DNA of 64,000 nucleotides, taken from the NCBI GenBank assembly GCA_903919615.1, contig CAIXIX010000588.1, forward strand, positions 22,324 through 86,323, written 5' to 3'. Under the pieces are notes generated by a model. The model saw only the letters and a program-made list of their open reading frames with translations. It was not told the origin of the DNA and did not search any database. Both the position numbers and the translations under genes were made by a program. This DNA comes from an uncultured Chthonomonas sp. GTDB taxonomy: Bacteria > Armatimonadota > Chthonomonadetes > Chthonomonadales > Chthonomonadaceae. Below are positions 26,339-35,969 of the stretch, in pieces (position 1 is the stretch's first letter; every line of letters begins with the position of its first letter).

Positions 26339-29300
26339 CTACTCTCGGGTTAGTGCTTCGTCCAAATTCAGAATTTCGAGACACACGGCGCTGTAGGCTG
26401 CGAGAGCGCATGGATCAAGCTTTGTATCCAATGGGGCCTCGCCGCTCTTCAAGCTCGCAGCTGCTGTTGAAGGATCAGCGCGATATATCCGCATTGCGCG
26501 ATCCAGACCACGATGCAGCACCTTTACTTCCGATGCCGATGGCGTTCGAGAGCAGACTCTTCGGAAAGCCACTGCGAGCTTTAGATCGGGGTCGCTGCCC
26601 GGAATAGCCATCACATTCTGCGCCAACACGCGTGCAGCCTCGATCCACGTTACGTCGTTAAGCGTGGTGAGAGCGTGCAGCGGAGTGCTCGTTACCACGA
26701 GGCGCACCTTGCATGTTTGCCGCACGGAGGCATCGAACATGTTTGCTGGCGCGACGGTGCGCCTCCAGAAAGTATACAGACTGCGCCGATATAGGTCTGC
26801 GCCTTTCGATTGTGGGTACGAGAAGTCTCGCTCGTTGGTGATGGCGAGCCCATCCCAGATTCCCTTCGGCTGATAGGGATAAACAGGTTTACCTCCGATC
26901 TTCGGATTGAGCAAACCTGAAGCAGAAAGGGCGATATCTCGCAGAATGAGCGATGGCATCCGGAACCTTGATCCTCGAGCAACGAGGCGATTTTCCGGGT
27001 CCTTTACACGCAGAGCAGCGCTGCATTTTGAGCTCTGCCGATAGGTGGCGCTCGTCACGATGAGCCGCTGCATCTTCTTTACGTTCCAACCACTATCTCG
27101 GAATTCACTCGCGAGCCAATCGAGAAGTTCCGGATGGCTTGGCGCTTCACACTGCGTTCCAAAGTTCTCAGAGGTCTTTACCAGCCCCTGACCGAAGAAG
27201 AGCTGCCAGTACCGGTTCACCTGCACACGGGCCGTTAGGGAGTTCTCCGGGCTGACCAGCCACTGTGCGAGCCCCAGACGGTTGCGTGGAGCACTAGCGG
27301 GCATCGGCGACCACGCAGCCGGGGTGATTGCTTGAACCTCCTCTGCTGGCGACTCGTAGTTTCCGCGGAGCAAGAGATGCGTCTTGCGCGGCTGCGCATC
27401 GGACATTACCATGACCTTGGGAAAAGAGGCCTTTGCGTCTGCCAGCTCCTTCTCGATCATCGCGGTAGCAGCACGGGCCTGCTTTACTTCGGCCGGCGCC
27501 AGATTTGCGAGATAGTAATCTCTAACCTTAGCGCTATCCGCAGCCGACCGACCTAGGCCGAGGTGGAGGAGCTTGACGATATCCGCTGGAATTCCAGCTT
27601 CGAGCTGTTTGAAGTAGAACCCCCCAATTCCACCACCATTTACGATTTTAATCAGCAGGTCATTTTCGCCTGCTTTCAAGTTAACCGTCACCAGCTCTTG
27701 ATCTGCGGAGGCCGCTCTCGACGCTTTGTCGGCAACAACCTGAGCCCCGTTTAACCACACTTTGATCGCGTCGTCACTTCCAAAGGAGAGGCGCTGGGAG
27801 ACACTGCGGTTCGAGCGGATCTTTCTAAATAAGTAGAATGCGCTGTTTTCGCCGCTCAGCGCGTTGACCGCAGCGTCCTTGAATTCTGGATGGGGCGTCC
27901 ACTTAATCGGATGGTCCGACGATGATAGGGCATATGGTTTTTCCGGCTTTAGACCAACTTCCGGATCGAACTGTCGATCGTAAGCGACATCAAAACTATC
28001 GGCGGGATAGGGACCCGACATCTGCCAAGGATCGAGACTTACCTCATTTGCTCCAGCGCCGATAGCCTGGATCTCCCACGCCGCCTGTGCTTCGCGTAAA
28101 GTCGGAGTCGATTCTGAAGCGTCCTGGATCTTTTTAGCAGCGTTCAGACGGCTCTCGATCGCCTGGATTTTGAGATTATCCTCATCGGTTGGTACCACAA
28201 TATAGGGGTCAGCAATGCGATACTGGCCACCAAACGGCGGCACACCAGACTCCGGCACATTGTTGAAGAACGCCATGAAGCTGTAGTAGTCTTTCCGCGT
28301 CAGCGGATCGTACTTGTGATCGTGGCACTGAGCGCATGCCATCGTTGCCCCGAGCCAGGTGGTCGCCGTGACATCTACTCTATCGAAGAGTAGGACGTTG
28401 CGCTGTTCCTCAGGGATTGCACCGCCCTCGCCGTTAAGCAGGCAGCAGCGATTGAACCCTGTGGCAACCTTCTGATCGACCGTAGCATTGGGCAGCAGAT
28501 CTCCGGCAAGCTGTTGGATGGTGAACTGATCGAACGGCATATTGCTGTTCATCGCCTTCACAACCCAGTCTCGCCAGACGTACTGATAGGTATCTCCATC
28601 CTGCTGAAATCCATTGCTGTCGGCATACCGTGCAGTATCGAGCCACGGCAGGGCCATCTTTTCGCCGTAGTGCGGTGATGCAAACAGCCTATCCACCGCA
28701 TGTTCGTAGCTATTTGGGGTCTTATCGGCCAGAAATGTATCCAATTCGGCCGGAGTTGGCGGCAGCCCGGTGAGATCCAGAGTAACGCGCCTAAGCAGCG
28801 TTACGCGATCTGCCTCTGGAGAAGGCTTGAGCCCCTCCTTCTCAAGTCGCGACAAGATAAACGTATCGATGGGATTGCGTACCCAGCCCTTATTCTGTAC
28901 CGCTGGCAACTTAGACTTCACAGGCGGTATATAGGCCCAGTGCTTCTTCTCTAATCCAGTCGGCCACACGGCGCCCTGATCGACCCATGCTTTCAACAAA
29001 ACTTGCTGCGCAGCTGTTAGGGGAGTAAAGCCGAGCGGCATTACGGGCTTGCCGCCAGCGCCAAGCACTCTCTGAATCAGGAGGCTCTTGCTGGAGTCGC
29101 CAGGCAAAAGCGCCGGACCGCTTGCACCGCCCTGGAGCATTTCGGCTCTTGTTTCAAGCTGAAGGCCGCCCTGCTTCTGACCATTTCCGTGACATTCCAG
29201 GCACTTCGCCTTCAATATCGGCTGAATATCGCGCGCATAATTTATGCGTGGAGCTGCTACTTCTACCTTCTGACCTAAAGCCAACCAGCCTGCTGTAGGC

Positions 29301-29383
29301 ATAATGATAGTGAGCGCCAGGACGGTAATAGGCCCTCGCAGAACGAACGCTGATTTCAAAGATTTGCGATTATAAGAATGCAT
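26339..29383 (-). CDS. PSCyt / DUF1549 / DUF1553 protein
   Basis: Haem motif CLECHG, the block RRVTLDLTGLPP, and CAQCHDHKYDP. ATG 29383 chosen because the track start 29437 is TTG. Paralog of 21644..24745. Confidence 0.85.
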   Translation of the reverse strand: MHSYNRKSLKSAFVLRGPITVLALTIIMPTAGWLALGQKVEVAAPRINYARDIQPILKAKCLECHGNGQKQGGLQLETRAEMLQGGASGPALLPGDSSKSLLIQRVLGAGGKPVMPLGFTPLTAAQQVLLKAWVDQGAVWPTGLEKKHWAYIPPVKSKLPAVQNKGWVRNPIDTFILSRLEKEGLKPSPEADRVTLLRRVTLDLTGLPPTPAELDTFLADKTPNSYEHAVDRLFASPHYGEKMALPWLDTARYADSNGFQQDGDTYQYVWRDWVVKAMNSNMPFDQFTIQQLAGDLLPNATVDQKVATGFNRCCLLNGEGGAIPEEQRNVLLFDRVDVTATTWLGATMACAQCHDHKYDPLTRKDYYSFMAFFNNVPESGVPPFGGQYRIADPYIVVPTDEDNLKIQAIESRLNAAKKIQDASESTPTLREAQAAWEIQAIGAGANEVSLDPWQMSGPYPADSFDVAYDRQFDPEVGLKPEKPYALSSSDHPIKWTPHPEFKDAAVNALSGENSAFYLFRKIRSNRSVSQRLSFGSDDAIKVWLNGAQVVADKASRAASADQELVTVNLKAGENDLLIKIVNGGGIGGFYFKQLEAGIPADIVKLLHLGLGRSAADSAKVRDYYLANLAPAEVKQARAATAMIEKELADAKASFPKVMVMSDAQPRKTHLLLRGNYESPAEEVQAITPAAWSPMPASAPRNRLGLAQWLVSPENSLTARVQVNRYWQLFFGQGLVKTSENFGTQCEAPSHPELLDWLASEFRDSGWNVKKMQRLIVTSATYRQSSKCSAALRVKDPENRLVARGSRFRMPSLILRDIALSASGLLNPKIGGKPVYPYQPKGIWDGLAITNERDFSYPQSKGADLYRRSLYTFWRRTVAPANMFDASVRQTCKVRLVVTSTPLHALTTLNDVTWIEAARVLAQNVMAIPGSDPDLKLAVAFRRVCSRTPSASEVKVLHRGLDRAMRIYRADPSTAAASLKSGEAPLDTKLDPCALAAYSAVCLEILNLDEALTRE

Positions 29384-29521
29384 CTGGTCGGATACCTGGG
29401 AAAAAGAGTGTGTGCGACTGCACGATAGACGCAGCAATAATTGGTGATGCCCTAAGCTGACTGATCGTTAGCCCTTTAGATCGCTATTCCCTGCTTTTGT
29501 TTCCGCATAGAATAGTAAGTG

Positions 29522-29557
29522 AACAAAGCCCATCCTGAAACCAGGATGGGCTTTGTT
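29522..29557. terminator. 16-bp perfect hairpin
   Basis: AACAAAGCCCATCCTG-AAAC-CAGGATGGGCTTTGTT, 45 nt downstream of stop 29602(-). Confidence 0.6.
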
Positions 29558-29601
29558 GCCATTCGTCAACATTCCGCGTTAGGTCAAAGACTGTGAGCCT
29601 A

Positions 29602-30744
29602 CTAGAACTTGCGTTTCTTTGCCGGTGCATTGCCAACTTGTGTCAGCGTCCAATGTCCGCTGATATCCTGAAGCACATAGCTTACGTAGGTTGTCTGGAT
29701 CTGATTATTCTGATCGCGATACGTCTGCTTACCGGCGACAGAGAAGACACCTGGCGCACGCTGGTGCAGATAGTTCAGTGTAAAGTTGACGGTATGCATC
29801 GAGAGAATTGCATCTCGAGTGAGATCCACATAGTCATTTGAAGTGAGTGAATACTGGTAGTGACCGTTCAAATAGATCGCAATCGAGGTGTTCGGATCGA
29901 TGAGCGATACGAGCCCTTCGATATTGCCACCCTGGAAGGTTTCGGTAATTGCGTCGACTGCGTTAAGCAGACCCGGCTGCTCCTGATCGAGAGTAGGGTC
30001 GTTTAACAGGTTCTGATCGGCGGCATCCGCGAAGCTGGTGAATACGACGCCATTAAAAACAGGCACATCGATGAATACGACTGATGGCGGAAAGATACGA
30101 CACTGGTCGGCAGAAATGAAGGGCACGCATACGCCAAAGTAGAAGCCAAAGGGAGAAATATAGCTGCTGCCCCTGATGAAACTCTGGCGATAACCGTTAA
30201 AGTGGGCCTTGCCCTTCGGGAAATATGGCCTTTGCCACGCCTGTGAAACATTGACGCCATGATGAAGAATAAGACCGTTATCGTAGACGCGGCCCGCGGC
30301 AGTGTGTGTAAAGCTGCGCTGATTGACTATAACTGGTGACGTAGGTGTAACCCTTCGGCGATCTGTCTGATGATTTGGCGTCTGGACTGAGACGGGATCG
30401 GCAGCCTGCCGCGGAGCATCCTCATGTCGTGGCACAAAGTTTGGTGTTCGCACGATGTCGCGCGGCGCATGAACCGGTGGCCCGCTCTCCTGGCGTTGTG
30501 GCGGGGCGCTTCTTGGCTGCGGATTCGTTCGCTGCGGAGGAGGGTTACTCTGTTGGGGCTGTCGTTGCTGCTGAGGCTGTCTCTGCGGAGGAGGAGTACT
30601 CTGTCGCTGCGGTGGCGGTGACTGCCTCTGTTGCGGAGGATGAATAAATTGTCCGCTGTTTTGCGGCACGGCAAATGTTGTCGCTGGCAGCGTAATAACC
30701 AGTCCCGCAAGCAGCGATGCTGATGCTATCTTGTTGAAACGCAT
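29602..30744 (-). CDS. Secreted protein with P/Q-rich PPPQRQ repeat region
   Basis: Signal peptide MRFNKIASASLLAGLVITLPATTFA, followed by QQRQSPPPQRQSTPPPQRQPQQQRQPQQSNPPPQR and a globular C-terminal half of unknown fold. Confidence 0.7.
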   Translation of the reverse strand: MRFNKIASASLLAGLVITLPATTFAVPQNSGQFIHPPQQRQSPPPQRQSTPPPQRQPQQQRQPQQSNPPPQRTNPQPRSAPPQRQESGPPVHAPRDIVRTPNFVPRHEDAPRQAADPVSVQTPNHQTDRRRVTPTSPVIVNQRSFTHTAAGRVYDNGLILHHGVNVSQAWQRPYFPKGKAHFNGYRQSFIRGSSYISPFGFYFGVCVPFISADQCRIFPPSVVFIDVPVFNGVVFTSFADAADQNLLNDPTLDQEQPGLLNAVDAITETFQGGNIEGLVSLIDPNTSIAIYLNGHYQYSLTSNDYVDLTRDAILSMHTVNFTLNYLHQRAPGVFSVAGKQTYRDQNNQIQTTYVSYVLQDISGHWTLTQVGNAPAKKRKF

Positions 30745-30926
30745 GGTGTCCTACCCTTTCTTTTAAGAGGCCAAGCAGGCGCCTCCGTAACGTTTTGAGC
30801 GCTATTTCAATCTGGTGGGCAAATTGGCGGCTCTTGAGATGAGTAATTACCGGTTATCTCTTTCTGTCGCCATTTTGCCGTAGCTAATGCAACCTGTTTG
30901 TTATTTTGATATACGTTTAGGGCCAT

Positions 30927-30941
30927 GATACGTGACGTATC
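30927..30941. promoter_or_regulatory. Perfect 15-bp palindrome, candidate operator
   Basis: GATACGT-G-ACGTATC in the divergent spacer between 30744(-) and 31110(+). A related half-site GATATACGT lies at 30908-30916. Confidence 0.35.
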
Positions 30942-31109
30942 AAACCTCTGCCAGGTTCCTGTAACTTAGCGGCGCAGACCGAATGTTTAATTCCAACAAA
31001 TTTTCTGTAGATTGCGGTTTGCCTGTTGGCGGCGTCGAATATGCTTGTGAACTGTCCGGCCAAAGTGCGTCTTACCGGCGCGCAAACAACAGGACCATTG
31101 GAGATTAGA

Positions 31110-33644
31110 ATGAGATTTGTTTTTGTGGCGCTCGCGATGTCCCTGATTTCAATGATGATCACTAACGCTCGAGCGGCCGGGTTAACACCAGATCAGATGT
31201 GTGGTTGGAAGATCGTTTGTGACAGCAATGCAGCGCCCTCGGAGCGGTACGCAGCAGAACAGTTTCAACTGCTCTTTAAAGGGCTCACTGGCACGGAGCT
31301 TGCGGTTGTTACGTCGCTCACAGTTGGCGAAGGCGCCATATTGATTGGGCCGGATGCAGCAAGTAAAGCGGGATTGCCACCTATTGGCAAGGGAGTGGAC
31401 GAGGAGACACTACGAATTCAGGTAGATCAGCGCTCTGTAGCCATCGATGGCGGCCGACCGCGAGGAACACTCTATGGTGTTTATGAGTTTTTCGAAGAGC
31501 TTTGCGGCGTTCGCTACCTCACTTTTGACGACACATACTATCCGCCAGATGCTCACTCAAAGGTAATTGCGCTCGGCACGAGGCAGTTTACGCCGAAATT
31601 TGCGTTCCGCTGGTCTTATTACGGCGAAACGAACCAGAATCCTGAGTTCGCCGCTCGCTTGCACACGAACACGGTGACGGACAAACCGGAGCTAGGCGGA
31701 ATCACAGGTTATCATCTGGTAAACCACTGCGTGGCGTACCTGGTGCCTCCTGCTGTCTACGGCAAATCCCATCCTGAATACTACGCCGAGGTCAATGGAA
31801 AGCGCATTTGGGATACCACGGATGGTGGCGGACCGCAGCTATGCCTCACCAATCCCAAAGTTCGCGATGTGCTCGCTGCCGCGATAGAAGAAGAGATCCA
31901 GAAGAACCCGGATCAGCGCAACTTCAATATCGCTCAGATGGATAACGCCAACTACTGCACTTGCCCGAACTGCAAAGCGCTGGATGATCGTGAGGGATCG
32001 CATGCTGGCACGATGATCGCATTTGTAAACTCCGTTGCCGAGATCGTCGAGAAGAAACATCCCAATGTCCTGCTGAGCACCTTCGCCTACTGGTACACGC
32101 GAAAACCACCGAAAACGATTCGACCGAGGCACAACGTGATGGTTCAGCTATGCAGCATTGAGTGCTGCACGCTTCATGCTATCGACGACCCCTCCTGTGC
32201 TCTAAATCGCGAGTTCTGCCACGACATGAAGGTTTGGAACAGGCTGTGCGACAAGCTGTTCATCTGGCATTACAACACCAACTTCTCTGCCTACACGCTC
32301 CCCTTTCCAAATTTGCGAAGCATTGGCAAGAGCGTCAGCTATTTCGCTAAGCACAGCGGCCGAGGCGTGTTTATGCAGGCTGCCGGAAATGGTTTTTCAA
32401 CGGAAATGAGCGACCTGCGTAACTACGTGATGTCGAGATGTCTCTGGAAGCCCGGACGTGATAGTTGGGCCGAAGCAATAGAGTTCTGTAAGCTGCATTA
32501 TCGGGAGTCCGCGGATCCGATCATCGCTTACCTAACCGATCTGCACGATCGGGTTCAGGCCGCGGGAGCGCATCCGACGTGCTTTTCAACAGAATCGACG
32601 TTATGCGTCACCCCGGATTCGGCCCGACGCATGATGGCCTACTTCAACGAGGCGATTTCGCTTGCGAAGTCTGATGTCGTGCGAGACCGCGTGGAGAAGG
32701 CCTCTCTGTGCGTCAATCGCGCTGCGTTAAGTGGTTCAAGCATCGATCTTGTGTATGCCGATGATGTCTGCAAGCCGGACCTGACGGGGCTAGACCCAAA
32801 TCTTCTAGACACGTATGTGGCGATGTGCAAGAAGTTTGGCGTTACCATGGAGAGCGAAGGGATCTCCACGGAGAGCTATATTAGCGGAATACGTAACTTC
32901 TACGGTGGCCTTAAAGCGGTGAGGATCGAGAACAAAACCTGGCGCATTGTTCTGCTCCCCGGAAGCAACGGCAAACTCGTAGAGATGACCTATAAACCAA
33001 CCGGACGCAATCTCATAAAACCGCATAGAGCATTCAACAGGTTCCGCTACGAAGAGTGGGTCCGAAGCGGTCATGGACCCAGCGGATCTCAACTCTTGAG
33101 TTACGAGGTTGCAAATCTTCAACCGGACAGCGTCTCCTTATCGTTAACCGCCAGAGATGGAACGAAGTTTGAGCGCAAGATCTCGCTCTCCTCTGATGCG
33201 GTGCATTTTGATACAGAGATCACTGCAGGCGTCGATCGCTCTCTGGATCTGTGGGTTCATCCCGAATACGATGCCGGCACCAGTTCAGCAGACCCACAGA
33301 CGGTACAGATCTATGTGAAGCAGGGCGATAAACTGTTGCACGCCAACAAGGGATGGAAAAATGCGCTTTCAAACCCGGCGCAGGAGGCGAAGGTCCGTGA
33401 ATCTGCACGATTCGGCTACTTTGCGATGTTCAATGACGAGCTGAAATACGGAGTGGAAGAGCGCTTCGCGCCAGATCAGTTCCGGGAGCTTGCCCTGTTC
33501 TGGGGTATATCCCGACAGCAGGTGAATCTCGAGCTCATCCCCCGCGTCATGTCGCTCGCTCGAGGTGAAAAGACACACTATGGTTATGAGGTGCGGTACC
33601 TGGCGGAGAAGCCGGGGGAGCAGGGAATAGGTAAAAGGGACTAG
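31110..33644 (+). CDS. Secreted DUF4838-family (GH20-like) protein
   Basis: ATG 31110 has GGAG 7 nt upstream and gives signal MRFVFVALAMSLISMMITNARA. CLTNPKVRD...NYCTCPNCKALDD is the cysteine signature I associate with DUF4838. Confidence 0.7.
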   Translation: MRFVFVALAMSLISMMITNARAAGLTPDQMCGWKIVCDSNAAPSERYAAEQFQLLFKGLTGTELAVVTSLTVGEGAILIGPDAASKAGLPPIGKGVDEETLRIQVDQRSVAIDGGRPRGTLYGVYEFFEELCGVRYLTFDDTYYPPDAHSKVIALGTRQFTPKFAFRWSYYGETNQNPEFAARLHTNTVTDKPELGGITGYHLVNHCVAYLVPPAVYGKSHPEYYAEVNGKRIWDTTDGGGPQLCLTNPKVRDVLAAAIEEEIQKNPDQRNFNIAQMDNANYCTCPNCKALDDREGSHAGTMIAFVNSVAEIVEKKHPNVLLSTFAYWYTRKPPKTIRPRHNVMVQLCSIECCTLHAIDDPSCALNREFCHDMKVWNRLCDKLFIWHYNTNFSAYTLPFPNLRSIGKSVSYFAKHSGRGVFMQAAGNGFSTEMSDLRNYVMSRCLWKPGRDSWAEAIEFCKLHYRESADPIIAYLTDLHDRVQAAGAHPTCFSTESTLCVTPDSARRMMAYFNEAISLAKSDVVRDRVEKASLCVNRAALSGSSIDLVYADDVCKPDLTGLDPNLLDTYVAMCKKFGVTMESEGISTESYISGIRNFYGGLKAVRIENKTWRIVLLPGSNGKLVEMTYKPTGRNLIKPHRAFNRFRYEEWVRSGHGPSGSQLLSYEVANLQPDSVSLSLTARDGTKFERKISLSSDAVHFDTEITAGVDRSLDLWVHPEYDAGTSSADPQTVQIYVKQGDKLLHANKGWKNALSNPAQEAKVRESARFGYFAMFNDELKYGVEERFAPDQFRELALFWGISRQQVNLELIPRVMSLARGEKTHYGYEVRYLAEKPGEQGIGKRD

Positions 33645-33730
33645 GGAAGAGTGCGCAAACGCGCGGGAACTACGCCGCAAGCGGCGAGGGAAATACAGGC
33701 TGCGCCCTCATTCCGCTAGTGTCTGAGTTG

Positions 33731-33760
33731 ATCGCCCCGGCTACGGAGTGCCGGGGCGAT
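33731..33760. terminator. 11-bp GC-rich hairpin between convergent genes
   Basis: ATCGCCCCGGC-TACGGAGT-GCCGGGGCGAT followed by TGCTT. Lies between stops 33644(+) and 33817(-). Confidence 0.6.
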
Positions 33761-33816
33761 TGCTTAGAATAGGAACTAGGTTCTGGCTTCGTCAGGTTAG
33801 GTCCGCGTCGTTGACG

Positions 33817-34479
33817 TTATCGCTGTGACGTATTTTTCGCTGCTAGGCGGCGACGCCTAAGAACTGACCAACCGCTGATACCAAGACCCATAACCATTGC
33901 TACGGCGCCTGGTTCTGGTGTTCTGGCCTGGCCATAGATTTGGAACGACTCCGAGTTCGTGCCTGGATATACGACATTTGTAAACATCGAAGAGGTTGGG
34001 CCATTGTTGTTATCCCAGTAGCCTCTTCCTCCACGCGACAATTGCGCCTGGCCAAGTGTAAGCCAGTATGTACCCGGCGCCAGATCGGCATTAATGAGGA
34101 AGCTGTATTCTGAACGATCCCATTGATTTTGATAATTTCCGAACACCAGCGTATCAATAGTCGCTGCAGATGTGCCCATCGCGATGTCGTTGGCTTGAGG
34201 CTGCGTTCCAATTTTCCACGTAACGGAAGTTAGGACATTACCAACGTCTGTCCAAATGCCAGCAGTAACCGAGTGAAGACTCGCGGAGTTGATTAGGCTA
34301 AACGCGTCCGATGCGTCATACGTTGTGTCAATGGCGAACGCACTTGCAGGAAATCCTGGCACCGGTCCGTCCCTGTACATCGGTCCGTTATCAAAAAGGA
34401 GCTGATCCGCTTTTGCCGAGCTGCTAGTCATTACCACAAGCAATAGGCCAATACCGATAAAACTGGATAATCGAAGCAT
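33817..34479 (-). CDS. PEP-CTERM sorting-domain secreted protein
   Basis: Track ORF trimmed to ATG 34479, giving signal MLRLSSFIGIGLLLVVMTSSSAKA. C-terminus TPEPGAVAMVMGLGISGWSVLRRRRL. Confidence 0.75.
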   Translation of the reverse strand: MLRLSSFIGIGLLLVVMTSSSAKADQLLFDNGPMYRDGPVPGFPASAFAIDTTYDASDAFSLINSASLHSVTAGIWTDVGNVLTSVTWKIGTQPQANDIAMGTSAATIDTLVFGNYQNQWDRSEYSFLINADLAPGTYWLTLGQAQLSRGGRGYWDNNNGPTSSMFTNVVYPGTNSESFQIYGQARTPEPGAVAMVMGLGISGWSVLRRRRLAAKNTSQR

Positions 34480-34596
34480 CTGTTGACACCTTTCCGTATC
34501 AAGAATTCGAGTTCGTGCAGCATGTTGAAACATTGTTAGTGTTCTAGAACCTGGACCGAACGATGGCAGATCACGATTTGTGACAGCAATGCGTAC

Positions 34597-34627
34597 AGTA
34601 TCGATACAAAGCGTGGCAAAAAGCGTT
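34597..34627 (-). promoter_or_regulatory. CACGCTT-type direct-repeat box plus GATACT upstream of PEP-CTERM gene 33817..34479
   Basis: Minus strand reads AACGCTT (34627..34621), 5 nt, CACGCTT (34615..34609), 6 nt, GATACT (34602..34597). Confidence 0.55.
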
Positions 34628-34760
34628 GCAAATTTCCGATGATTTGCGGACCGACCCACCATTAAGCAGCTTTTTTGTGGATCACCTTTACTATATTCAG
34701 CGGCGGTAGTTACGCATTTTGGTAATTTTGATCGCCTGATCGCAATTGACCCGAATATGC

Positions 34761-34791
34761 CACGCTTTTTGCCACGGTTGACCGTGATAAT
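34761..34791 (+). promoter_or_regulatory. CACGCTT-type direct-repeat box plus GATAAT upstream of frameshifted PEP-CTERM gene
   Basis: CACGCTT (34761-34767), 5 nt, CACGGTT (34773-34779), 6 nt, GATAAT (34786-34791). Confidence 0.55.
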
Positions 34792-34872
34792 GTGTACATG
34801 CCTGGCTCTGCTGCCCACGAGCGCAGGTTTACAGATTCAACAGCTTGCTCAGTGGTTGAAAGGAGATTTTCT

Positions 34873-35849
34873 ATGAGGGGGGATTTTCCCAAACATCTCG
34901 TTTTTGGGCTAATGCATCGCACGACCATGGTTGCAGCGGCAGCCTTTGCTTGCAGCACCTCTGCAAGAGCGCAATTCATAACTCTGAACGACCCGCTGGC
35001 AACGAACGGGACGTATGCAACTGGAATATCGGATCAACGATAGTTGGCAGCTACTACATCGCTTTCGGTATTCCTTATCCTTTCGAGTACGTGAACGGCG
35101 TCTACAGTTCCATTCCGGACGCTGTTGGAGCACGACAATCGGAAATGGTCTCCATATCAGGAAACACCGGACTCGGATGGTATGAGGACCATTCGACGCT
35201 GCAGCACTACTGGTATACAAGATCAGGCGGCGTGAACTCAATTGTTACCGATTTTTCACCACCGTACGGTCTTGACGCTAGCCTCACGGGAATATCCGGG
35301 AACAACCTGATTGGCTACACGAATGGAGGGGGCAGCAACTACTACGGGCTGTTTTACGACGGCAGCACAACAGTTGACCTAATTGAACATGCCGGCACCG
35401 ACACGTATGCGTTAGGCGTTGACGGAACGAACGTCGTTGGCGAGATCTTAGTGGCAGGCCCAGCTACTCAGAGCTTCCTTTACAATGCTCGCACGTTTAC
35501 GCCACTAATCGACCCACTTGCCTACGGGGAGACCATCGCTCGCGGGATATCCGGCGCAAACATCGTTGGCGATTATACGGATATGACAACTGAACACGGG
35601 TTTATTATTAACGCTACGAGATGGACTACGTACGACGTTCCGGTGGCTGAAGCCGTACAAACAGAGATTCAGGGCATATCTGGAAATACGATCTATGGGC
35701 AATACTTCACACACAACAGCCAGCTATACGGATTCGTGGATACTCTCAACCTATCCCCTTCATCCACTCCCGAGCCAGGAAATGTCGCAACTCTGATCGG
35801 GATAACTATTACCGCGGGCCTGGCGATTCAGCGCAGGCGCATTCGGTAA
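34873..35849 (+). pseudogene. HAF-like repeat PEP-CTERM protein, frameshifted near 35031
   Basis: ATG 34873 (GAAAGGAG upstream) gives signal ...AAAAFACSTSARA, then QFITLNDPLATNGTYATGIS. That frame stops at 35041-35043. The protein continues in the next frame as STIVGSYY... to TPEPGNVATLIGITITAGLAIQRRRIR. One extra G in TCGGA (35029-35033) would restore GISGSTIVG, matching the internal GISGxxIVG repeats. Confidence 0.65.
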
Positions 35850-35876
35850 CATCTTCCGCCTATGCGGATGTTCCCA

Positions 35877-35913
35877 CGTCTCCTTCCATCGGCCGGAACC
35901 GATAGAAGGAGAC
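35877..35913 (+). terminator. Hairpin after PEP-CTERM gene 34873..35849
   Basis: CGTCTCCTTCCATCGG-CCGGAA-CCGATAGAAGGAGACG with one internal mismatch. Confidence 0.5.
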
Positions 35914-35969
35914 GATGTGATTGGTATTTCTTGAAAAGACTCCGGTGTTACTGAATCGCAACAGTTTCT

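Noticed and set aside
34612-34631. Sigma-54-like TGGCA-N8-TTGCA on the plus strand (GTGGCAAAAAGCGTTGCAAA).
   Set aside because: The GG-to-GC distance is one nt longer than the TGGCAC-N5-TTGC consensus. The sequence is simply the reverse complement of the minus-strand heptamer box. No enhancer-binding protein is nearby.
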